A stretch of DNA of 64,000 nucleotides from Patescibacteria group bacterium (GCA_043817315.1 JBDRGY010000006.1:18077-82076); one strand, 5' to 3'. Positions 27,994 through 37,368 are shown, counted from the stretch's first letter. Numbers and translations: made by a program. Notes: generated by a model not told the origin, from the sequence alone.

Positions 27994-29169
27994 TTACTCC
28001 TTAATCGTCAGAGCGAAGCTTTCACCAAGAGGAATGGGATTAGCTCCAATCAGCTCACAGATTGTCTGACCCAGATCGGCAAAACTAGCTCTAGTTCCCA
28101 GATTGGAGCCAATTTGGTGACTTCCATTGAGCACCAAAAGAGGTACGTATTCCCGAGTATGACCTCTTACAACAAAAACTGGGTCACAACCGTGATCGGC
28201 CACGATAAACAGTAAATCATCTTGACCGATAAGTTGTAACAATTCTCCCAACCTATCATCAAAGTACATGATATCACGAGCGTACTGGTTAGGCTTATTA
28301 CCGTGTCCGGACATGTCAAAATCCGGGACTACGAACATTGAGACACCGCTATGGTTCTTTCCCAGGTATTTACAAACAGAATCCATGATACCGGCAGAAT
28401 CCATGATACCGGGAATTATAACCGTTACGAACTCCTTCCCGATTATGGAGGTGAGGTGTTCTGTGGCTATAAACGGTACACCAACCTCTTGCATCCTTTG
28501 AAACAGATGTTCCTGACTTCTATCGAGAGGAACAACAATATCCGTCCGGTTCTTGGTACGAATGAAGCTTCCTTTCTCACCGATGAAAGTACGAGCAATA
28601 ATTCTTGCTACGTTCTTCCCGACGAAAAACCTGGACATCTTCCAGGCGATTTCGTGCAATCTCGCCGGAGGCATCACGTTCTCGTGAGCTGCTATCAGAA
28701 CTACGCCGTCATCACAGGTATAGACGATTGGCTGACCAGTGGCATAGTGTTCATCAGCGTATTCATCAAATACCCTGAAACCCGATACATAGGCGTTGCA
28801 GAGGGTTTCCGTACCCAGGACCTGTTGCATTTCACGCACCAAACCAACTGACATTCCCGGATAGAACGACGTGAATCGTTCTTTATAAATAACACCTGCC
28901 ATTTCCCAGACACCAAAGAAAGTGTCGTTACCTGAGGTGACCTCGGCCATACGTCCGTAATGGGCTAAAGGTTTATCAGCCGTTGGTATATTGCTGATGC
29001 CAACGATATTGCCAATACCCAATTTCTCGAGATTGGGGACTCGAAATCTTGGATGTGCTTGAGCTGCATGATGGAAGGTATGTGCGCCAACGCTCTTATA
29101 GTCTGCCGCGTCTAGCTGAGCGCCGATGCCGACGCTATCCATCACGAGGATAATGATACGTCGGAACAT
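27994..29169 (-). CDS. Divergent phosphopentomutase-like (alkaline phosphatase superfamily) enzyme
   Basis: DSVGIG, GNDT..G.WE, RIIAR.F.G, DFD..GH, ADHGCDP and HTREYVP motifs; start reassigned to ATG 29169. Confidence 0.8.
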   Translation of the reverse strand: MFRRIIILVMDSVGIGAQLDAADYKSVGAHTFHHAAQAHPRFRVPNLEKLGIGNIVGISNIPTADKPLAHYGRMAEVTSGNDTFFGVWEMAGVIYKERFTSFYPGMSVGLVREMQQVLGTETLCNAYVSGFRVFDEYADEHYATGQPIVYTCDDGVVLIAAHENVMPPARLHEIAWKMSRFFVGKNVARIIARTFIGEKGSFIRTKNRTDIVVPLDRSQEHLFQRMQEVGVPFIATEHLTSIIGKEFVTVIIPGIMDSAGIMDSVCKYLGKNHSGVSMFVVPDFDMSGHGNKPNQYARDIMYFDDRLGELLQLIGQDDLLFIVADHGCDPVFVVRGHTREYVPLLVLNGSHQIGSNLGTRASFADLGQTICELIGANPIPLGESFALTIKE

Positions 29170-29191
29170 CACTCTTTTCCTTTCCGGCCTT

Positions 29192-30274
29192 TTAGCCAAT
29201 TCTAATCGGCAGACCGCTGGTAGCTGACAGATAAATCGCATCGATGATGCTCATTAGCCGACAAGCCTCAAAGGGTGTAGTCAACGGCTCAGCCTTGCCC
29301 TGTAGTGTCTGTACGAAGTTGACTGCAGCAGCTACACGCCCCATCGTACTGTCGAAAGGCACGGTGATGCTCTGATCGTTTGGTTGACCATTTTCCTGAG
29401 AGTAAACCTCACAGGTACCAGTAATGACCTCGCTAGTGTGATCCTGAAACAACCTGCCAACCCTCCCTCCGGCTTTCTGTCCCTGGAAGGTAACAAAGCA
29501 CTGTTCTTCTCGAACCATCTCGGCCCAAGAAGTATGGAGGCTAAGCACCTGTCCGCTTTCGAAAGTTACGATTGCGTGAGCACTAGATTCAACATCCGTA
29601 ATACCGTCTCCGTTCGGAACTCCGTAGGAACCCCGGCGCGTGGGGTCATCCATAAAGCAGTTGAAGATTTGACCCAACACATGTTTCGGCCTGGGATAAC
29701 CCATGAAATAGAGCGCCAAGTCTATCATGTGAAGTAAGTCTATCAGAGCTCCACCGCCAGCTACTTTTTGATTGGTAAACCAGTTTTCGAAACCCGGAAT
29801 ACCAGATCTACGAACCCAAACAGCCTGGGCGGAGTTAATCCGTCCAAAAAAACCACTCCTAATGCGACAAGTGATCTCCTGTGATTCTGGTCGTGCACGA
29901 TTGTTGAAGTCAAACAGCAGATGTTTACCAGAAGCTTCGGCAATTTTCATCATCTCCTGAACTTCCGCAGAGTTCATGGCCGGCGGCTTTTCACAGAATA
30001 CGTGCTTTCCAGCTTGTAGCGCCTGGATAGCCAACATTTTGTGAGACACCGGCGGAGTGAGAATACTGATGGCGTCAATTTGTCCGGACGCCCTATCCAG
30101 CATTTCTTCAAGAGTGTTGAAAGTTGCCAGAATACCGTAAGTCGCAGCTGCTTTCTGGGCAGCTGCTTGGTTTGTATCGACAACGCAGGTTATCTCCGCA
30201 CCAGCTGAACGAAATCCGTTAGCTTGGTATTTGAGCATTGCGCCTGCACCGACAATACCGATTTTCCAAGACAT
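29192..30274 (-). CDS. Gfo/Idh/MocA family NAD(P)-dependent oxidoreductase
   Basis: IGIVGAG, AGKHVFCEKP and GGGALID..H.IDL motifs; start reassigned to ATG 30274. Confidence 0.92.
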   Translation of the reverse strand: MSWKIGIVGAGAMLKYQANGFRSAGAEITCVVDTNQAAAQKAAATYGILATFNTLEEMLDRASGQIDAISILTPPVSHKMLAIQALQAGKHVFCEKPPAMNSAEVQEMMKIAEASGKHLLFDFNNRARPESQEITCRIRSGFFGRINSAQAVWVRRSGIPGFENWFTNQKVAGGGALIDLLHMIDLALYFMGYPRPKHVLGQIFNCFMDDPTRRGSYGVPNGDGITDVESSAHAIVTFESGQVLSLHTSWAEMVREEQCFVTFQGQKAGGRVGRLFQDHTSEVITGTCEVYSQENGQPNDQSITVPFDSTMGRVAAAVNFVQTLQGKAEPLTTPFEACRLMSIIDAIYLSATSGLPIRIG

Positions 30275-30287
30275 CTTTTTTTCCTTT

Positions 30288-31094
30288 CTAAGCCTTGGTA
30301 CAGACGAATGTTCCGCGTGACCTGTCCAATATGATCGGCTTTTCTTGGTCAATCATCAATCTCCTGATCTCTGCAGCTAAGGCAAGCTTAAGATCTGCAT
30401 CATTGGTCGATTCTTGAAAGCATGGCAGGGTAGTATAGTACGACATAAAGCCGTCTGCGTCCGGAAACACCAATTGAAATCCATAGAAATGATATTCTAC
30501 TTCTCCGAAAAGTCCATTCAGATACTCTCTGGCATTGTTGCAGTGGAAAGGTGAGCGAGAAAAGCGCACGTTAGTTTCAATACCAACTTGTGCTATTGCC
30601 TCCTGATGAGAGATCCTAAGAAGATCGTCCTCAAGGGTCTTTACACCCGTAGTGATGATGACTTTTCCTTCCTGTCTGACTACTCGAGCTGTTTCGTTCA
30701 ATCCTCTATCAAGGTCGCCGACGTGATTGAGCACATGCTTAGCAACCACCACATCAAATTGACCATCCCCGAAGGGCAAATCTTCAATCGATGCGATAAC
30801 ACATACTGGCGTTGCGATTGTGTTACAAACTCTCTGGCGGGTAATTTTCAATAGGTCTTGTGAGATGTCTACGGCAAAAACTTTCCCGCCCCTGTTCAGC
30901 CGTTGGCTGATGATGGCAACGTCTTTCCCTGTTCCCGAGCCGATGTCTAATACTAGCTCATCACCTTCAAGGTCGATAAAATCGATTCCATACCTGCCAA
31001 CACCCACGCCGTATCTATCCCAAGCAAGTTCTCTGTTGAGCAGATTTCGGGCGACACCGTACTGAATTCGCGGATCACTGTACTGGATCCTCAT
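30288..31094 (-). CDS. Class I SAM-dependent methyltransferase
   Basis: VLDIGSGTG, VDIS and LPF.DGQFDVV motifs; AAGGAG SD. Confidence 0.9.
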   Translation of the reverse strand: MRIQYSDPRIQYGVARNLLNRELAWDRYGVGVGRYGIDFIDLEGDELVLDIGSGTGKDVAIISQRLNRGGKVFAVDISQDLLKITRQRVCNTIATPVCVIASIEDLPFGDGQFDVVVAKHVLNHVGDLDRGLNETARVVRQEGKVIITTGVKTLEDDLLRISHQEAIAQVGIETNVRFSRSPFHCNNAREYLNGLFGEVEYHFYGFQLVFPDADGFMSYYTTLPCFQESTNDADLKLALAAEIRRLMIDQEKPIILDRSRGTFVCTKA

Positions 31095-31209
31095 GTCTAT
31101 TTCTCCTTATCTTGTCAAGGTGCAATGTCAAATGATTTTGACTTTACATAGTAGCAAGAAATTTGTTATTGTGTCAATAGTAATACTATAAAGATGAACC
31201 ATATATAAT

Positions 31210-31596
31210 ATGACAAAAAAAATACAACAGCTATCAGTAAAAGGTCTATTCAGAAGAGGTGGAAATGTCCTCTTGGTTAAGGATCCTAAGGGGGTTTGGG
31301 AACTTCCTGGTGGTAGAATAAAACACGGCGAAGAACCAGAAGAAGCTCTTAGGAGAGAATTGGATGAGGAATTGGGCTGGTCAAAAGTTGATATCAAAAA
31401 TATTATCAATACTTGGAGTTTTTCTTCAAAGATTAATGGTACCTATTATCATTTTATTATAATTATATATACCTGCACTTCAGATGAAGAAAATATTAAA
31501 AAAAATGATGAATATATTAAATACCAATGGGTTCCGATTTCTGAGATTAATAATCTAAATATGCGAGATGGTTATAAAAAGATTTGTAAGTTATAG
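31210..31596 (+). CDS. NUDIX hydrolase
   Basis: Nudix box GGRIKHGEEPEEALRRELDEELG. Confidence 0.92.
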   Translation: MTKKIQQLSVKGLFRRGGNVLLVKDPKGVWELPGGRIKHGEEPEEALRRELDEELGWSKVDIKNIINTWSFSSKINGTYYHFIIIIYTCTSDEENIKKNDEYIKYQWVPISEINNLNMRDGYKKICKL

Positions 31597-31800
31597 ATAA
31601 ATATGTTCACGTATTTCTTTGTTGCAAGGAGGAGTGCTCCCTCAGTTACTAGAAATTAGGAATTATTGAAAAAACTTAGTGTCTCATTACAAAGTCATAC
31701 CAAAAAAGAGTAAAGCTTAAAGAAGCTATAATATCATATACAAAATTCGGCCCGATAGGCCGAATTTTTTTGAACCTAGATTTTTTTGCCTAAACTTCCT

Positions 31801-31875
31801 TGGTACCGCCAAGGGGAATCGAACCCCTGTTTTCAGGATGAAAACCTGATGTCCTAACCACTAGACGATGGCGGC
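31801..31875 (-). tRNA. tRNA-Glu (UUC)
   Basis: Minus strand GCCGCCA...TGGCGGT-ACCA; loop TT-TTC-AT. Confidence 0.95.
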
Positions 31876-31947
31876 AGAAAAGATGTAAAAATATGATAAC
31901 TTATAATTCCCCTTAAGTCAATGTCTAAACCGTGCTAAGATTAGTTT

Positions 31948-32955
31948 ATGAAAATTCTAGGCATAGAAACATCATGTGACGAAACAGCCGCTGCTTTGAT
32001 TCAGGCTGAAGGTGAAAAAATTAAAGTTATCACTAGCGTCATTTCTTCGCAAGTTGATATCCATAGAAAATTTGGCGGAATTGTTCCGGAAGTGGCAGCA
32101 CGGGAACACCTGAAAAACATTTTACCGATTATTGACCAGGCTTTGGGACGAAATAAATGGTCTGACGTTGATTATATTGCCGTGACTTCTGGTCCTGGCT
32201 TAGTCACCTCCTTACTAGTGGGAGTGGAAACAGCTAAAACACTATCGCTGGTCCTTAAAATTCCCTTACTGTCCATAAACCACATTGAAGCTCATGTTTA
32301 TGCCAACTGGCTGTCCGGCAGGATTAAATTGCCGGCTTTAAGTTTGGTAGTTTCTGGCGGCCATACCCAATTAATTTTGATCAATAATCAGGGTCACTAT
32401 AAAATTATCGGTCAAACCTTGGACGATGCTATCGGCGAATGCTTTGATAAAGTGGCCAAGATTCTAAATGTTGGTTATCCGGGCGGTCCGGCGATTGAAA
32501 AGTTAGCACGATCCGGTGATTCTAAAAAGATCAACTTTCCTCGTCCTCTAATTAACCAGTTAAACTATAATTTTAGTTTCTCTGGTCTAAAAACTTCTGT
32601 ACTTTATTTCACTCGATCGGTTCCTAATAAAGGGTTCCTGAAGCCCGACATTTGTGCCAGCTTTCAGCAGGCAGCCGTTGACGTTTTGGTGGCCAAAACG
32701 GTACGAGCTACTAATGAGCATAAGGTAAAGACGGTCATGCTGGCCGGTGGAGTTGCTGCTAACCAGAAATTGCGCACCACTCTAAAAAACCAACTAAAAA
32801 AACAGTCTCCCAAAACATCATTTATGGTGCCGGATTTTCCTCTGTGTACCGACAACGCTTTAATGATTGCCATAGCTGGTTATTTTAAGGCCAAGAAGGG
32901 GCTGACCACTCCCTGGCAGCAATTAACTGCTGACCCCAATTGGCAGTTGAGTTAA
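31948..32955 (+). CDS. tsaD: tRNA N6-threonylcarbamoyltransferase TsaD
   Basis: LGIETSCDET, HIEAH, VSGGHT, FSFSGLKT and TDNA motifs. Confidence 0.97.
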   Translation: MKILGIETSCDETAAALIQAEGEKIKVITSVISSQVDIHRKFGGIVPEVAAREHLKNILPIIDQALGRNKWSDVDYIAVTSGPGLVTSLLVGVETAKTLSLVLKIPLLSINHIEAHVYANWLSGRIKLPALSLVVSGGHTQLILINNQGHYKIIGQTLDDAIGECFDKVAKILNVGYPGGPAIEKLARSGDSKKINFPRPLINQLNYNFSFSGLKTSVLYFTRSVPNKGFLKPDICASFQQAAVDVLVAKTVRATNEHKVKTVMLAGGVAANQKLRTTLKNQLKKQSPKTSFMVPDFPLCTDNALMIAIAGYFKAKKGLTTPWQQLTADPNWQLS

Positions 32956-32956
32956 C

Positions 32957-32985
32957 TTGACTCAATGCTGTCTAGGCCCTAAAAT
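32957..32985 (+). promoter_or_regulatory. Sigma70 promoter of the valS leader
   Basis: TTGACT-17-TAAAAT. Confidence 0.7.
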
Positions 32986-33013
32986 AGAACTATCATTAAA
33001 TCAAGCTAATAGC

Positions 33014-33189
33014 GCTATGATCAGAGTCTGTGTCGCTCTGAAAGCTGAGGGTCCTAAAAGGCCGACTGCCTCGATAAGTCCTCCGGGTACGTCCGTCATC
33101 GCGTAAAATAAGCGTCCTGTCTCCCGGGAGTACAGGGAATTAAGGTGGTACCGCCTGAGAGGGTCCTTAAACGTACTAAGGACTTTTTT
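33014..33189 (+). promoter_or_regulatory. T-box riboswitch (Val) with ultrashort Stem I and transcription terminator
   Basis: T-box AATTAAGGTGGTACCGC; antiterminator TTAAGG-TGGTACC-GCCT-GAGA-GGGT-CCTTAA; terminator GTCCTTA/TAAGGAC-T6; K-turn-like stem with GTC in its loop. Confidence 0.85.
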
Positions 33190-33192
33190 AAT

Positions 33193-35502
33193 ATGAAAAA
33201 AGAGTTAAGCAAACAATATAATCCCTTCGACGTTGAAGACAAAATTTACCAACAATGGGAAAAATCTGGATATTTTAATCCGGATAAACTGCCGGATGCC
33301 AAGAAAAGAAAGCCCTATTCCATTGCTATGCCTCCGCCCAATGTAACCGGCGACCTCCACCTGGGGCACGCCATTACCCTAACCATAGAAGACGTCTTGG
33401 CTCGCTTTAAAAGAATGCAGGGGTACGCCGCTCTATGGCTTCCGGGGACTGACCACGCAGGAATTTCTACCCAAATAATGGTTGAAAGATTGATCGCCAA
33501 GTCCGGCTTAGACCGCCATAAATTAGGTCGCCAGAAATTCTTAGAAAGGGTCTGGCAATGGAAAAATGAGTATGGCGATATCATTACCAAACAGATTCGC
33601 AAGATGGGCGCTTCCTGTGATTGGTCGCGAGAGCATTTCACTTTAGACCCCAAATTAACCAAAGCCACACAAACTGCTTTTATCAAACTGTTTAACGACG
33701 GGTTGATTTATCGCGGCAATCGTATTATTAATTGGTGTCCCCGATGTGCTTCTGCAATTTCTGACCTGGAAGTGACTCACCGGGAACATAAAACAAAATT
33801 ATGGCACCTTAAATATCCACTTTTACAAAATGGCCAGCCAAGTAATCAATTTCTGATTGTAGCTACGACCCGTCCTGAAACTATGCTGGGCGATACCGCC
33901 GTGGCCGTCAATCCTAAAGATAAACGCTACAAGAAACTAGTCGGGCAAAGGGTCTTGCTACCCTTAATGGACCGGGCCATCCCTGTTATAGCTGATTCCC
34001 GAGTGGATATGGAGTTTGGCACCGGAGCAGTTAAAGTAACTCCGGCTCATGATCCTTTGGACTGGGAGATCGGTCAAAAGCACCGGCTAGAAGCCATCCA
34101 GGTAATAGACGAGAGAACCTTTATCACCAAAAACGGCGGCCGCTACGCCGGGCTGAAAGCTAAAGAAGCACGGCAGAAAATAATTATCGATTTGCAAAAT
34201 ATAAAACTGCTGGATAAGGAAGAAGATTATGACCACTCTATTGCTCGTTGTGAAAGATGCAATTCGGTAATCGAGCCGCTAATCTCTAAACAATGGTTTG
34301 TAAAGATAAAACCTTTGGCCCAGTCAGCTATTGAGGAAGTTAAGAAGGGTAAAATAAAAATCACCCCTAAACGCTTTGAAAAAGTGTACTTCCACTGGAT
34401 GAATAATATCAAAGACTGGTGCATTTCCCGTCAGCTGTGGTGGGGGCATCAAATACCTATCTGGTATTGCCAATCCTGCGATGAAGCTATTGCCTCGGTA
34501 ACCAAACCAAAATCCTGTACAAAGTGTACGGACAAAAAGTTTAAGCAAGATGAAGACACTCTAGATACCTGGTTCAGCTCCGGCCTATGGACTTTTTCCA
34601 CTTTGGGCTGGCCAGCCAAAACCTCTGACCTTAAGCGATTCCACCCCACCGATCTAATGGAGACCGGTTGGGATATTCTCTTTTTCTGGGTGGCCAGAAT
34701 GATTATGCTAAGTCTCTATTTGCACCAGGAAAAACCTTTTAACCAAGTATACCTTCATGGACTAATCCTGGACCGCCAAGGTAGAAAAATGAGTAAGTCT
34801 AAAGGCACCGGACTAGATCCCCTGGTCTTAACTGAAAAATATGGTACCGATGCTTTGAGGATGTCTTTGGTGATCGGAAATTCTGCCGGCCAGGACTTTC
34901 GTCTCTATGAGGAAAAAGTGGCCGGCTACCGCAATTTTTCCAATAAACTCTGGAACGTATCCCGCTACATTCTAATGCAGGAATATAAATGTTGTTCCTA
35001 CGACGCCTCTGCTTTGGCTGACCAGTGGATTATCAGCCGCCTCAATCAAGTAATCGAAGAAACCACCACCAATTTGGAGAACCTCCGTTTCTCAGAGGCC
35101 GGGACTTTGCTATATGAGTTTATCTGGCATGAGTTGGCTGACTGGTATCTAGAAGCAACTAAATTTCGGCCCAATCCTGACCTCCTCTATCACTTATTAA
35201 TAAACGTCCTCAAGCTGCTACACCCCTTCATGCCTTTCATCACCGAAGAAGTCTGGTCCCAACTTCCTCATCAGAACCTTCTGATGATAGAAGATTGGCC
35301 CGTAACTAAAAAGGCTCTAATAAAAAGCGAATCTATTGATCGCTTTCAGCAGTTACAAGGTTTGGTGACTGAATTTCGTAATTATAAAAAGGACCAAAAA
35401 ATTCCGCCCAAGGAAGTTGTCGGGATTAAAAAGATAATACCTGCCAAGATCAAAGATCAGAAAGGGCTTATTGAATTTTTGGCCAACGTAAAAATTGCTT
35501 AA
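33193..35502 (+). CDS. valS: Valine--tRNA ligase (short C-terminus)
   Basis: PPPNVTG.LHLGH, DWCISRQLWWGH and KMSKS motifs; start at ATG 33193, after the T-box. Confidence 0.97.
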   Translation: MKKELSKQYNPFDVEDKIYQQWEKSGYFNPDKLPDAKKRKPYSIAMPPPNVTGDLHLGHAITLTIEDVLARFKRMQGYAALWLPGTDHAGISTQIMVERLIAKSGLDRHKLGRQKFLERVWQWKNEYGDIITKQIRKMGASCDWSREHFTLDPKLTKATQTAFIKLFNDGLIYRGNRIINWCPRCASAISDLEVTHREHKTKLWHLKYPLLQNGQPSNQFLIVATTRPETMLGDTAVAVNPKDKRYKKLVGQRVLLPLMDRAIPVIADSRVDMEFGTGAVKVTPAHDPLDWEIGQKHRLEAIQVIDERTFITKNGGRYAGLKAKEARQKIIIDLQNIKLLDKEEDYDHSIARCERCNSVIEPLISKQWFVKIKPLAQSAIEEVKKGKIKITPKRFEKVYFHWMNNIKDWCISRQLWWGHQIPIWYCQSCDEAIASVTKPKSCTKCTDKKFKQDEDTLDTWFSSGLWTFSTLGWPAKTSDLKRFHPTDLMETGWDILFFWVARMIMLSLYLHQEKPFNQVYLHGLILDRQGRKMSKSKGTGLDPLVLTEKYGTDALRMSLVIGNSAGQDFRLYEEKVAGYRNFSNKLWNVSRYILMQEYKCCSYDASALADQWIISRLNQVIEETTTNLENLRFSEAGTLLYEFIWHELADWYLEATKFRPNPDLLYHLLINVLKLLHPFMPFITEEVWSQLPHQNLLMIEDWPVTKKALIKSESIDRFQQLQGLVTEFRNYKKDQKIPPKEVVGIKKIIPAKIKDQKGLIEFLANVKIA

Positions 35503-35554
35503 ATATAAAAAAGCCGGAAGGTTAGCCCTACGGTTTTTTTAAATCTAAAATATT

Positions 35555-37279
35555 TTATTGAGCTACTCTGAACACTTCCTCTACCGTTGTGATTCCGTCC
35601 TTAGCCTTTAACAAGCCGTCCTGGACCATGGAAACCATGCCGTTTTGGACGGCTAATTCCTTCATGCGATATTCAGAAACTTCTTCCGATATTATCACTT
35701 TTTCTATTTCTTTGTCCATGGCGAAAATCTCGAAAATTCCGATTCGGCCCTTGTAACCCAAGCTGTGGCAAGCCTCACAACCTTTGCCTTTGTAGAAAGT
35801 TAACTCCTGATTCAAATCAATCTTCTCCCCGGAATTAGTCGGAATGGCCCCCAGAATATTTTTAATTCTCTCCGTTGTAGCTCCGTCCAAATCAACTTTT
35901 TCTTTACAGTGATCGCAAATCTTTCTGACCAGTCGTTGCGCCATTATAGCGTTGAGGGCTGGGGCCAACAAAAACGGCTTAACCCCCATGGCCATAAACC
36001 GAGGCACAGCTCCGGCTGCATCGTTGGTATGAATAGTTGATAAAACCAAGTGTCCGGTCAGAGCTGATTGGATGGCTACTTCTGCTGTTTCTTTATCCCG
36101 AATTTCACCTACCATGATAATGTCCGGGTCTTGTCGTAATATAGAACGCAGTCCCTTGGCGAAATCATAGTCCTTACTGTGATCAACTTGACTTTGGTTG
36201 ACCCCTTCGACTTGATATTCGATAGGGTCTTCCAGGGTAATGATCTTTGTTTCGGGGGTATTTAGCTTATTAATGACAGCGTAGAGAGTAGTGGTTTTAC
36301 CAGAGCCAGTGGGACCAGTTGTAATAATCATGCCATTGGGTTTTTCTACTTCCGTTTTTACCTGTTCATAGGCCCTTCCTCTAATGCCAAGCTCTTCAAA
36401 ACCAATACCTACTGTCGAAGACATTAGCAGGCGCATTACTATGCTTTCACCAAAAGCAGTAGGCAGAGTAGAAACACGTACATCAATTTTCCCATCGGTC
36501 AAATAGATGGTTATCCTCCCGTCCTGCGGTACTGCAGTGATATTGAGTTTTAGTCCGGCCATCAATTTTACCCGGGAAATAATCTTGGGCCAGTCTTGTT
36601 TACGTAAAGTAGCTACGTTCTGCAGAACACCGTCAATTCTATAGCGCACTACTAACTCATTCTCTTCGGTCTCGATATGAACGTCTGACGATTCAGCCTG
36701 GATAGCGCCGGCTAATACTATGGTGAATATCTGTGTGACATTGGTTCCTTTTAGTTTCTCATTCATTTCCCGAAAAGATTTGATACCCTTACGATATTTT
36801 TCAATCTCCTCCTTGGGTATCTCTACTCCCCTTTTGATCTGCTTAGGGATATGAACGTGTTCATACAACTGGTAAGCTTGGTAAAAACTGTGCTCCGAAG
36901 TAAGGAAAATATCAATAGTCAAATTGAAAAACTGTTTCTTTAAGTCCTCTATAATTTCGTTAACACCCGGGCTCTCTGGGTCAACAACTGCCAGTCTGAC
37001 GGCCTTGGGATCTTTAAAAAAGCTGATAATTTTATACTTTTTAGATTTTTCCCGTGGCACCAGCTTGAGATAGTCCGCCGCAATAGGAAACCCCTTAAGG
37101 TTCATATAAGGCAGTCCTCTGGTCATGGCTTCCTGCTCTGTGGCCATTTCTTTCTGCCTCAGGTCCATTTCCGTCATTTTATCGTCAAAAGCATCCTGAG
37201 TCTCCTTGGAGGCAGGGGCAATTTTGGCTTTTTGCGAATTTAGCAGATCGTCAATTGTTTGATCTTGTTTTTGGTCCAT
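35555..37279 (-). CDS. pilB: GspE/PilB family type IV pilus assembly ATPase
   Basis: SDVHIE, GPTGSGKTTTLY, LRQDPD and STIHTND motifs; two CxxC. Confidence 0.88.
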   Translation of the reverse strand: MDQKQDQTIDDLLNSQKAKIAPASKETQDAFDDKMTEMDLRQKEMATEQEAMTRGLPYMNLKGFPIAADYLKLVPREKSKKYKIISFFKDPKAVRLAVVDPESPGVNEIIEDLKKQFFNLTIDIFLTSEHSFYQAYQLYEHVHIPKQIKRGVEIPKEEIEKYRKGIKSFREMNEKLKGTNVTQIFTIVLAGAIQAESSDVHIETEENELVVRYRIDGVLQNVATLRKQDWPKIISRVKLMAGLKLNITAVPQDGRITIYLTDGKIDVRVSTLPTAFGESIVMRLLMSSTVGIGFEELGIRGRAYEQVKTEVEKPNGMIITTGPTGSGKTTTLYAVINKLNTPETKIITLEDPIEYQVEGVNQSQVDHSKDYDFAKGLRSILRQDPDIIMVGEIRDKETAEVAIQSALTGHLVLSTIHTNDAAGAVPRFMAMGVKPFLLAPALNAIMAQRLVRKICDHCKEKVDLDGATTERIKNILGAIPTNSGEKIDLNQELTFYKGKGCEACHSLGYKGRIGIFEIFAMDKEIEKVIISEEVSEYRMKELAVQNGMVSMVQDGLLKAKDGITTVEEVFRVAQ

Positions 37280-37368
37280 AGTTTTCTTGGCTACCTAATT
37301 ATAGGATAAAATTGGTTAAATATCAAAAAGCTGCCCGGGTGTTCCTGGCAGTCTTTATATTCTCTCGT

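Larger units (their letters stand above)
25643..31788. mobile_element. Genomic island next to the 3' end of tRNA-Glu; no integrase present
   Basis: Compositional shift; SD-led operon; degenerate direct repeat 25643-25689 / 31741-31788; degenerate inverted repeat 25684-25820 / 31597-31706. Confidence 0.6.

Noticed and set aside
31128-31409. 93-aa minus-strand ORF
   Set aside because: Antisense shadow of the NUDIX gene
33145-33192. GTG start extending ValRS
   Set aside because: Lies inside the T-box antiterminator and terminator
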